From Catajapyx aquilonaris (lineage: Eukaryota): 50,664 bases of DNA. The notes below the pieces were generated by a model. That model was not told where the DNA came from. It searched no databases and was given only the letters and a program-made list of their open reading frames with translations. The position numbers and the translations under genes are program-made. The DNA lies in the NCBI GenBank assembly GCA_000934665.2, contig KZ538334.1, forward strand, positions 62,001 through 112,664, read 5' to 3'. Positions 11,962-24,400 of the stretch are shown piece after piece; within the stretch, counting starts at the first letter, position 1; every line of letters starts with the position of its first letter.

Positions 11962-12413
11962 CATTTCCGTAGCTACGTTGCTATGGCTACTGTACGGGGA
12001 AAGGATGAGCTCTCTCTCTCTCTCTCTTGTGTGGAGTAGCATATAGTCTATCTGTACCTATAGGCCTATACACTGCACCCCACAACTTCACCCCCCTTTT
12101 TCCCCATAGTTGCTATGGCCACCACAGGCACACAGGTGCACAAGGTGCGAATCGTGGGGACTGGGAGTATGTGCGTGTGCGTATGCTGAATGTGTGTGTG
12201 GGCAGTGTTGCGTAGGTTAGATGTCACCCACCACATAAAAGGTGGTGTCGCAGTGTGTTGTGCTGTCACTTGCACGTATGCTGCATGGGGGTGGGGTTGT
12301 TATTAAGGGAGCGAGAGAGAGGATCTGTGTAGTTTACTACTGGTTCTCAACAGGTGGCGGGGAGGTCGACGGGTGGAGAGAAGTGACGCCGACAGTGGCA
12401 TCTGGCGGCGAGG

Positions 12414-15400
12414 ATGAGCGTCACCGCACGAATTCCAGTAAGATTCTTGTTCAAATTTTGTTGTTAAATTTGTAGCACTGTAGATGAATTTTTCATGAGC
12501 GCAACCGAGTACGTGTTGTTTCCAACGCTAAGCTTGAGGGGGTTACAATATGACCGACTTTTGCGATGTTGCCAAGGCTCTGGGACGAACCTTGGAGGCC
12601 CATGTGGCAACGTTCTTGTCGGTACAATGAACTTGCGCGAGTGTGGGTGCGCACTCGGTTGCGCCAGTAAAAATTTCATATCTAGTAAACTCATTGCCAA
12701 AACTGACAATCAGTTTGTATGTTTGTTTGTCCGGAGTGATTGGTGGTGGCGGTTATTGACATGAGTGATAACTAACCCCGGACAAACGGACAGACAGACA
12801 TAGCCGATTAGTAGTATAGGCTACGGGAATAACTTGCACCGAAGTAACTTGCTCCGAAGTAACATTATTGAATGGAGTATTTTTTAAAAAATCTATTGTA
12901 GCATAGAGTGGCTGGTAAGCGAGCAGTCCGACTTCTGATACACCCTGTGGAAATTTCAGGCTAGCTGAGTGTCGATTAGGGTTAATGGGGTTGGTTAGCA
13001 TGAAGGGAAGGTCTATTTTTGACGCTGTTCTCTTGCTTGGTTGGCAGCGCAATTGAGCGAGACAATTAGCTTCAAGTACATAACCAGCATATAACCATGC
13101 GATTTATGAGCATAACGGCACAGCTTGGAGGGGGGGAAAAAAGCATCATGTTTGATTGCGGATTACATCTTTGTTGGCCATACAAATAGTGGACCGGATC
13201 TAGACCGAGTCCACATACTTCGTGTAAATGAGCAGCCGTACTTGTAACAGACACACTCATGTTTTAACCCGCTGTTATCCTCCAGGGGTCACTTCTATTG
13301 GTCACAGCGTAGTCTCTGAGCACCTCCCATTGGATGCGATCGGGTCTGACGTATTGGGCGCTATACCCGAGGGTTTAAGACCCGCCATCTGGGGGCAAGA
13401 GATTTGCTGCAAACTTGCAGACACCCTCATGAATCTTTGAATCAGCCCCTGAGCCCCTTAACTAGCTATGTTACTTATTCATTTTATTGCTCCCTAACCG
13501 CCCTTAGTAGCTGCTATTATTTTGCCGAGTAAATTACAGCCCCGCTCATGGCCACCTTGCTCTTACTTGAGAGCCTGACATTGATACAAATTCAGGTCAC
13601 GTGATGAGAATAATTGTGGAGTCTTCACTGCAGCAACCGGTTTGCAGAAAAGCATCTTGATTGCCTGTGTAAATAATATACGGATAACCTACACAATAGA
13701 TATAATAGCAATATAAATATACAATATGTTATAAGTTATATAGTTTGGCAACACTGCCTGGTCCGCCCCACGTGGACGTATAGCATGATATGCCACAACC
13801 AAATGGCGCCATCCTCACTCCCTGCACACTACTTCCACGCACTCAATGCGCCTAGGTGATGAGTCAACGTGTTTGGGGACAAAGTCACGCCTAGCCAATT
13901 CTATATATGACTACTGAACCCGTTATCTTCTGAATACTATCTCTCCATCGGATGTTTGTCCGACGTGATAGTACCCCGCTGGATGCCGATTTACCACGTG
14001 GTACTATTCTTCACGCATAGATGGCACATACTCCCTCTGCACACTCCTGCCACTCTCAAGTCGTGCGGGTAATAGTGGTATTATCAGGTCGGACAAACAT
14101 CCGACGGAGAGAATAAGCCTATTAGCAGGTCATGTAGGCTACAAAATAAAATTAATGTAAAATATAAAAATATACGAAATAAATTAATGCAAAATATTAA
14201 AATATAGGCTACAAAATAAATATAAAACATTTAAATATAAAACATTTCTTCGCCAGTATGTTAAGGGCCATCTTCCAACGAGTTGCTTTTTTTCTTCTTC
14301 TTCAAATTGGTTGATCAGGTAAACAACTGCTCTATATAACTTTGATCACCCTCCTATATAGATTGAAGGTTGTATACGATAGTGCTGCACCCTGTAGAGC
14401 CAGAGCAACGTGCCAGGGATAAATTGAATGATCGCAGCCTCTCATTACCGGGTAACCCAGTTTTCCAGCCAGCAGCATCGACTGGAACTTATTCTATAGG
14501 CAATGGTGATCGATCAGTGTCGACTATTTGGAGGGGAATAAAATGGGGAAGAGGGAGAGAGAGGGAGGGATATCACAGCGGGGGGGGGCAAAATGCTGAA
14601 CCGCTGCCATCTAGGGGCCGTGCCAAAGGATCGTCGTCGGTGCAGGGTCGATATCGCCATCTGCCAACGACGTTCATAACTGCTGTTCCTATTGTCGGCG
14701 GCGAAGATTGTGTGTATTGTCTTTGGCAATGAGCCGAGTTTGCATGTAATTTTCAGACTCCGACGGCGCCTCCCCCGTCGGCGTCCACGTCGCCGTCGCC
14801 ACCGTCGTTCCCGCCGATACTGCAGCGGTACCTGACCCTGTGGGTACTGCTGGCTGGGGTTGGAGGAGGGGTCCTCCTAGTGGCCTCCGTCCTCTGCGTC
14901 TGCAGGCTCTGCTTGGGAAGACCACCAGAGAGGTACGCATACCGGCTGACGTACTCATTAAGACACATTAAAAAATTATAAAAATTAACTCTGCATATTA
15001 ATTATTATCAGTGTGTCGACTACAATCTAACATTCATTATTTCCATTCGCCATTCTCATCAATTCATTCATTGCTTAATAATTCAACGTATATTAAATTC
15101 ATCAGTTCAAAAGTAGCTGTTATATAATATAATATGTATTATATTAATAATATAATAATAATAAGTGGCTGAATTATTGGACCAAAGTGAGTTCATCCTG
15201 ATTGGTAGACAACCGCACCCTTGTATCATAAGCGGCATACCATCCAGGCGCAAATAGCCTTGTATAGACTGTACGGTACTGTACCTGCCGCGTAAGTTTC
15301 GCAGGGGAGGGGTTGCTGGGAATAAGATGTTGTTATTGTGCAGACAGGCGGAAGCAATCGATATGCAAGACACCTGGTTGAATTAGGCGACTTTGACCCT

Positions 15401-18400
15401 GACACGGCTGAGGTGAAGGTAGAGCAAAAGCGGCCGGAATCAGGAAGCAGAGGGTGGGCCAAAAAAAAAAAAAAAAGATCAATATGACCAGTGCTGGAAC
15501 CTGCTGGAATGCGTCAAAAACGGTCTTGACACACCTGGAGGACCATGGGTAGTTTCATCACACCCATTAACCGCAATTTTTCATGGGTCCAACGAGCCGT
15601 AAGAGCACGTTTACTGCCAAGAGATGTCATTGCGACCATCAATTTTTGTAGCAAGCTGTCAGGTGGCAGACATTTTTAGAAATCCGGATTTTTTTAAAAC
15701 CATTAATCTCGAAAAAAATAAATTATTTGCTTATATGCAAATCACAGTCAAAATAACACTGTTTATAATCATTGGAGTTTATTGTGCCTGGTACATTAAA
15801 AATTCTTCGTAGAAGTAGGTAATATGATTTGGAGGAAAATGTCAAAAACAGGTCACGCCTTGTTTCAAAGTTGAGTTACGAACAGTTTGCGAAAAGTTTG
15901 CTTAGTTGCGTATTCACTATTTTATTTTGCACACTCACACACACAAAGTTTGGAATTTCAACCTTGACCGCGCATTATATGTTTTACCACCTGCCTATGC
16001 GCCAAGTTTATTGAATGTTACGTAACTTGCTGTGCCGGAAACGCTGTGAAGCCGCAAAACCGGATAATCCGGCACAGGATAATCGAATTTCAGCAAATAT
16101 TTTGGCGATGTGACCGTAACGATGTCAAATATGGATTGTTTCTAATATATTGCAGCCGTATGCACAGAAAGTGTTTTCTTAGTACTGTATACACCATCCT
16201 AACAAAAGAAGTGACATTGACAGTCAGAGGAAGCCGTGTTTATTCCAGGGGTATGAATAAACAAACCTGGGAACAAGTCTGTTCCGGGAAGACCCCGCGT
16301 GTGGGTTTGAATTGTGGCCAGGACTGGCCAAGACTATATCTAGGACAAGCTTTCTGGGTTTTTGTTTATTACGCCGCAGGAACGCCCGTTTGAACGTGCA
16401 AAATCGAGAGAGAGAAAAAAAATGCCTGAGGATTACTTGTGTGAAAGGTTATTTTTTATTTGCTAGAAGTGTAATGTTTTGTACTAATTATGTACATTGC
16501 AGTGAGAAGGACCAGGAAGCTGACAGTGGATCGGGGTCGTCGACTGGCAATAGGTTTCCACTACAAGTCCTTGCTGCTGTTGATGGTAAGTACACTGTTT
16601 ACTGTCCATGAGTTGACATCAAACGCTCGCATTACAGTCTACTCGAATCACAAGAAAAAAGTCTACTCTACGCACACAAGCGTGATTCGAGTAGACGTTT
16701 TCTTATTGGGCAGCTGGAAATGAGGCTGACGGGACACGATGCGATTCTAGGACAGCATTGACATAAAATGTTGTCAGTCTCATTTCTCGTTGCCAATTAA
16801 CCTGAGGAAGGACCTTGACCTTGGAAGATATAGTGAACCAGGAAGACCAGTTGTGGCCCGGTTCACCTTAAAGGGATACTCCACTCAAAAAACAAGTTTG
16901 GCTCTAAAAATCGGGCAAAAAATCATGAATCCGAAGGTGCAATCCGTTTTTCACTACGCGAAACGGTAACCCAAGGGCGAGGTGTCAAAGTGTGTCGCGA
17001 GGTGTGTCGTCTGCTAATGAGCGACGCCGCCACGCGGGGAACAGGGGAACTGGAGGGCTGCACCGCTTTGGGATGGGCCTAAGGGCGCGGGCAGGCGGGA
17101 GCAGCCCTCCAGTTCCCAAGGTCCCGAGGGCGGCGCTGGCGGACGGCCAGCTTCTAGCGCACTATTTGAATTTCCCCACTTTGACCCCTCGCCCCGGGAT
17201 TACCGTTCCGCGTAGCGAAAAACGGATTGCATCTTCGTATTCGGGATTTTTTGCCCGATTTTTAGTGCCAAACTTGTTTTTTGATTCGAGTGTCCCTTTA
17301 AGTTGGGCATGAAGGGGTCCGCTGAATCTGACTCCGAAAACCGTTTGTGGATGCCTATTGCGGTTTGGGCCCTGATACATGTCCACAGACAGACAGACAG
17401 ACATACGATAAAGCGTCCAAAACGTGTAACGTGCATGAATATGACGTTATACCGGTGTCTACAGTATTGAGAAGACTCTGTCCAATAATATTGAAGGTCG
17501 ATTGTAGGTTAGGAAATCAATCATTCCGATTTTATTTGTTTCCAACCAAAGCAAAGGATTGAATTTCCACCGTGGGCTTGCAGCTCTCAGGTTTCCTTTC
17601 ATTTGAAATGCCAACGAGCAACAGTGGGCGTCAGAAAGGGTTTTCTTATTTGTAGTAGGCGGGTATCTATAGGCGGTACACATCCATCGACGACTCCTTA
17701 ATGAGATCTTTCGTAATGGTCGTACTGCACGGCTGACCTATTTTTTTCTTCACTTAGAGTTTGCCTCTGACCTTTCGAAAACTAGGACGAGTGAAGGCGG
17801 AAGTGAACTTTGACCTAACCGGAAGTTGGTCGATTTGGGGGATGGAACTTGGAGGGAAAGCCTATTGTTCTGAAGCCGTGATTAAAACTCAGGTCTGCAG
17901 TTTGTCCACGGTGTCCAAATAGGTCAACTGCGATGCGACATCTGATCCGAGATTGGAGGAGGAAGTGTGGAAGGAAGTTACTATTGAACCAATGGTCAAA
18001 TAAGTTGGAAATTGTAGTGCGAAATCAAGATTTTAATAATTTTATAACAAGATCTTATGAAGCTGCACAAGTAAAATCCAGTCAAAAATCAGTTTTTAGA
18101 TAATATGTATGGTAACCGAGCATAACCGAGGCTTCTGATTGGTCCGTCGTATACGGGTATTGTTTTCGAGACGCATCCGATCGGCCATCGTTATGCGCCT
18201 GCGCAATGAGGGAAGGCAGCGCCTCCGGTGGCTGGAACTAGTTCTAGTTTAATTGCGGTTTTGAAGCGTATGATTGCCGGTCAATAACAAAGTCATTACT
18301 GACCAGTGCCATTTTATGTAAATTAAAGTGATTGCACATATGCGCCACTCCATTTAGCACTTTATATTAAAAACTGGTTTGATTGCAGGGTACTATTAGA

Positions 18401-21400
18401 ACAAAACAAAAAAATTGCAGCCAGTAAAATATGTCGAGGCGCAATGTGTAATGAAACAGTAATTTTGGAGAGTTCCCGGTGGCAGCTGCTCCATACTTTT
18501 TGTCTGCTCAAACACTGAACGTGTCACATATGCGGACTGAATTTAAATACTTTAAAACCACCACAAAAAAAATGTATGACGTGTTCCCTCGCCTATTCTT
18601 TCAACGCTATAAAAACACTTAAGTACTAAAATGCGTAATTTAAGCGAAAAGTACAATTATTCATAAATTAATTGTAATTCGACCTAATATTGACAGCGAA
18701 ATAACTGCTATGAATAATGGTTTCATAGATATTTCAAATAATAGCTAAAAAAGCTCCAAATTGAAACGGATACCGCTTTATTCATTTTCATGGATTTAAT
18801 TGTTGAACTTTCTGTCACATTCACGTTTATTTACAATCAGTTTCAACTAGTGCTTATTTCTTACAATCACTGCTACTCATAGGCTAGCCAACTACGCTCC
18901 TGACGCGTAAGCAGCGTAGTTGGCTAAAAATAGCATAGCAGTCATGACGCCATCTCTGGACAAGTTCGCAGAATTAATCACAATGTAATCGCTGCCTTAA
19001 AATATAATTACTATGCCCATGCTAATTTTGGCAAACTCCTCTTGCGACCCGCAATTTTAATAGGATGGACGTGAAGACCATTTGAGGATTTATATATGAA
19101 CGTTACGATGCTTTTTTTATTATTATTATTTATGTGCGCACTTTCCGAGAGATTCTCGAGGACACTCCAAGGGGTTATTACCAGACAGTCTGCGATTTGT
19201 TCTTTTCGCTCTTTTTTTATTTTTTTAAAAAAGCTGTTTATCAGCAAAAAATTAATAAATTCTGGGCATATTTCCAAGTAGTGCGAAAATTACGGCTTCG
19301 ACCCCATTTTCAACCGTTCGACGATGATCCCCCCCCCCCCCCCNAAAAAAAACGAGGTGTGACACGTAGACATAATCAGCAGGACCACACTTTGTAATTC
19401 AATGTTGCACCTGTGACGTCACCGCCGACACTTTTGTGCCAATATCGTTTTATCGACGAGCAGGTTACATGACCCCCTTTTTTATGTCGAGAGTGACATG
19501 CGACGTGCTTGAGCGTTTTTTTTTTTGTCATCGACTCATCATTGGACGTTGCTTTAATTTATTAGTTGGACCACAAACATGGTAGCCAACAGAAAGGGAA
19601 TGTTTGTTTGTCCAGNGTTTTTTTTTGTCATCGACTCATCATTGGACGTTGCTTTAATTTATTAGTTGGACCACAAACATGGTAGCCAACAGAAAGGGAA
19701 TGTTTGTTTGTCCAGCAGCAGTTTGAGTATGCCTCCCCCCACCAATTTCAATCTGCTGATTGCTTCTGTTGAGCTCCCCTGATATCGATTGTTGCTCCCT
19801 CCGCATTGTTGACCTCCTTCGGAGCCTGATTTACTGGTACGGGATGGTTGCATCTAGGCCCATCACATTGGTGGTGTGTATGTTATGTGCAATGGGTTAT
19901 AAGGGGAGGGGTTATATGGGGGCCGACAGAATCAATGGGAAGTGGGCCACCAATGGCAGTCAGGAGAATTGGGGTGGGTCGCCTAGGCAACCCATACCCT
20001 ACCCTACCCCCCGTCTCTCTCTTCTTATATGTGCAACAGAGAGTAGAGGTGGTGGTGGAGGTTTTTGTTGACGTCAGCGGCGCGATCCATGAATGAGAGT
20101 GTCGACGAGACGTTGGGAAAACGAGCCGAGGCGTCGTCGGCGTCGGTCCGCGATCGTCGTTTCTTTTCCACCAACCCTGGACCGTGTGTTGTGTTCAATC
20201 ATTATTCTCACAAGTGCATCTGAACACGAGCCCTGCCACCACAAGATAGGGTTGGTGCTGGGCAGCTGCTGGTGGGAGCTGTGTTGCCACCTTGTCGGTG
20301 AGTCACAAATATAGGCAACACTGTGCGCGAAGATGGGCTTGCTTCGTGTGCGCGTGGGTGTCGCGTGGCCCAGTGGTGTTTACGTTCAGGGTTTTAAGTG
20401 TCGCGTGTCTGGCTTTGAGTCGATAGTGTCAAGTTTTTGTAGTGGTTATGCCACACGATTGTAGCCTGTTTGAATGCAGTGGCCTTGACCGTTAAAATGG
20501 TTCATCCTAGATTTCACTGTTGTTGGTGCATTCACATGATCCATCGTCGTTGTCGTTATAACGACAAGTATGTAGCTGACCCATAGCAAAATCAGCAATA
20601 ACCCCAAAATATCCGCTATAAGCGCAGTCCAATTTATCCATTGTAATAGTAATGTGATAGGCCATGGCTATAGAGATGCCCTACATTCTGAAACGTCAAT
20701 GCCCCTGCATGCTGAGCACTGTAAGGCCTGCTACTCTACAGTCAAGTACAGTGTGGTCTGCATGCATCGGACAGTCCACTAGTTAATTATGCAACAATCT
20801 AAATATAGCCGGGCAATTATTTTGTTTCGATATATTAGTTACTGTTGCTAACTGATTCGTGCCAATCTCCAGCAGTTACATATACGTTTTTCGACTTATA
20901 GTATTACAGGGATCTGGACTTTAAAGTATGCTTCCAACTTATATATTTTTAAATCCATGCACAGTGCTTCGTACTGATTACATATAGGGTGAACCTACAA
21001 CCTGGTTACAGTAATTAGCGTTAATCAAAAAGACAATATTCCAATACCAAATGAGATTAAAGTTGTGTGGGAAACGTTATACATTTAGAGTGAAAGGTGT
21101 AGTTTGCCTCTCCTGAATTGAATGCATGCAAATTTCCATCCAAGTTTTATTTCCCATGGCTCCCAAAAGCCACAAAATCATGTCATTTTTTTGTGTGTGT
21201 GTGAAAAATGAAAAACGACAGTTCTATTGCCACACAAGCCAACCCAGCTGTCACTTGTCTCCCAAATTTTGTTTATTCTCTGGCCAGATAGAAACCGCTA
21301 TAAAAAAAGGGACACCATTTGATTTCCAGCGGTGCATGCCATTGAAGTGGACACAAATTGAGTGGGGCGGGGTGTCCTTCTGTCTACCACATGCTATAGC

Positions 21401-24400
21401 CTCCCCGGTTGAATTGACCCAGTTAGGCTATTGACTGTGGAAAACGAAGGACATCGCACTGCTTTTTTTCTCTCTCTCTCTCTCTCTCTCTGTCATCACT
21501 TTTTGTGTAATTTGATGCGATTTCAGTAATTTTCTGCAATAAATAAGTCAAGTTCATCCAAGGTCAAGAGTGTGGATTTAGGTCAACCCCCCCTACCCCC
21601 CCCCCCGTTAAAAAAAATCAGACTGGACTTATCCCGTTTTTTGGTTCCAAATCCGTTTCTTCAATTTAGGTCAGACCCTCCTTAAAAAATATCCCAAAAA
21701 AATTTCAGACCCAGTTTTTGGTTCCCAAATTTTCTATCCAAACTTTATTTTGATTTCTTCCACAACAATATCAAAATGAACTTTTTTTTTCTATCTTCAA
21801 AAATGTGTGACCTCCTTTAGAGAAAAGACTCAATCTACTTTTTTTTGCATATGATTTCGACTCATACATTAGGCAATGGCCCGCCTGCCTTCCCCCCCCC
21901 CCCCAAAAAAAGGGGGGGGGGGGTAACCATGACGCCAAACTAGTGACGTCACTCAAAATGTGCCTTGGTAGCGACTATGAACTAATTCACGCGACAAGCT
22001 TACAAGGCAAAAGTGGCAGTGACCTCTCCCTATAGGAAACTTCAACCTGCCAGTCACGTTGTAATATAGGAGATGTAAAAAGGGGGTAGATTTTACCTTC
22101 CCCTTCCTCCCACCTCTTTCCAGCCCCCCCACCATTAGAGTTCTATTTTTAGACTCGGTTTATAGCCTCGGGACTGGGATAGCGTTATCGATATAGTTGC
22201 GGAGGTCGCTCGTTTGATGGCGTGATTGTATGTCCTATCGAGTGGCACATATGCGTGACGTCATGTTTTTTTTTGTTTTTTTTTGGGGGGGGGGGGGNNN
22301 NNNNNNNNNNNNNNNNNNNNNNNNNNNNNNNNNNNNNNNNNNNNNNNNNNNNNNNNNNNNNNNNNNNNNNNNNNNNNNNNNNNNNNNNNNNNNNNNNNNN
22401 NNNNNNNNNNNNNNNNNNNNNNNNNNNNNNNNNNNNNNNNNNNNNNNNNNNNNNNNNNNNNNNNNNNNNNNNNNNNNNNNNNNNNNNNNNNNGGGGGGGG
22501 GGGGGGTGACGTCAGGGATCCAGGAAGCGAAGAACTTGATTTTGTTTGTTAATTGTTTATTTCCTGGTGTGTAACCAGTCACTTTGTAGCTACTGTATAA
22601 TGTAAGAGCAATATTAACCCAATATGTCTGATTTTTAGGGGTTAAGATTTTTTTAAGGTCAATTAGGATGAGATTGTGCCAGGTGGGGCGAGATTGTGCC
22701 AGCGCATTTTGTAGTCCACAAAAAAATGCGCTGGCACAATCTCACCCCAATTGACGGTACACATTTTTTTCGTTTTATGAGAAAATGAAGAATTTAGTAT
22801 GTTACTTCTTCATTTTCTCATGAAACTAACAAAATATGTACCCTCAATTGGGGTGGGATTGTGCCAGGTGGGGTGAGATTGTGCCAGAGCATTTTTTGGG
22901 GGACAACAAAATGCTCTGGCATAAACTCACCCCACCTGGCACAATCTCACCCCAATTGACGGTACATTTTTTTCGTTTAATGAGAAAATGAAGAATTGGC
23001 ATAATGATTAAAAATCTAACAATAATTATTGTTCGATTTTTAACCATATGTGAATTAAATGTTAGTTACAATTGTTGTACAGTGATGGACATTGCTGATG
23101 TATTGGTAGCGCCATGATCAATTTGCAGCAAAAGAGCGAATTAGTCACTTCGATTCGCTCTTTTGCCACCTTCGGCTCGTGACGCCACCAGCACTGTACA
23201 AGTGTCATATTACATAGGATTGGATAGACTACCAGGATGGGAGATTTAATATAGGCAATATCGCCTTTCACGTAAGACGTCATTCATTTATAGTAGACTA
23301 ATGTGTCCTATTGCTTGTTACAGGCGCGAGGGCGCCTAGAGGAGCGGAAGATGGAGCCAGGAGAAGTTCAGCGGCCGACAGGTAGGCAACACCGCTTTTG
23401 ACGTCACTTCCTGTTCATTCCGCCATGACACTTCACACTAGTGGCATCTGGTGGATGACACGTCTAGAGTAAGCCAGCGGTTCATTACTAACACATTTAT
23501 TTTAAACAGTTAAACGCCGTGGAATATTATCTTTTAATTACAGATTGAATAAGCGGTTTTAAAAATGCAAAGGGCTTTTGTGGAGTGGCATAACTGACAG
23601 GAAGAAAAATTTTGGCAATTAACGCGGCGAGACGCTAATTGGACGGTGCATTGCTCTCGGAATATTGCAATTGGCGCAGTGTTGTTGAACAAAACCTGCA
23701 ATAATTAGTGTAAGGCCTGTATGGATGGAAAAACATTAGTTACTTCCCACTCGTTTAATCGACAAAACATGTAGGCTGGAATCGTACACAAAAAGGGTTT
23801 TAAAGGCAAAGCCTTAATTTCACGCTCATAAGACGCAACGACGATTACTGAACTCGACTGAAAAATTTAACTTCTTTTTTTGGGAAGCCATGGGGATGTC
23901 ATTTTGTGCTTTGCTGATTTTTTTTTTTGCCTGTTTGAGCAAGTACTGTGCGACTTTTTTTTGGCTCAAAGAAAACAGTGTGTTGTAATGGAAATGTCTG
24001 GTAATTTTTTCTAATCAGCATATTTTAAGCAGCTTTAAGAATATTCGTCATAATATTAGCTAGTATGTTCACATGTAATATGTTAAATCAATTTTAGAAG
24101 TGTACCTAATGCATACTAGCTAATATTATGACGAATATTCTTAAAGCTGCTTAAAATATGCTGATTAGAAAAAATTACCAGACATTTCCATTACAACACA
24201 CTGTTTTCTTTGAGCCAAAAAAGTAGCAAAAAAGTACAATGAATGTTGGAAGTCGTTCATTAAATTCATTCACATGTAATATGTTAAACAATTTTAGAAG
24301 TGTACCTAATGAATTTAATGAACGACTTCCAACATTCATTGTAATTCATTGATTGAAATAATATGATACTAGCATCATTATCATATTTTTCGATGGTAAC

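Noticed and set aside
15344..15420. Extra CBARP-like exon after the TM exon
   Set aside because: In the required phase it hits TAG; exon 16503-16585 already fits.
19515..19715. Exact 100-bp direct tandem duplication
   Set aside because: The copies are separated by a single N at 19616 next to a poly-T run, typical of an unmerged contig overlap.
22222..22582. ORFs containing long X runs (also 40647-41211)
   Set aside because: They span assembly gaps.
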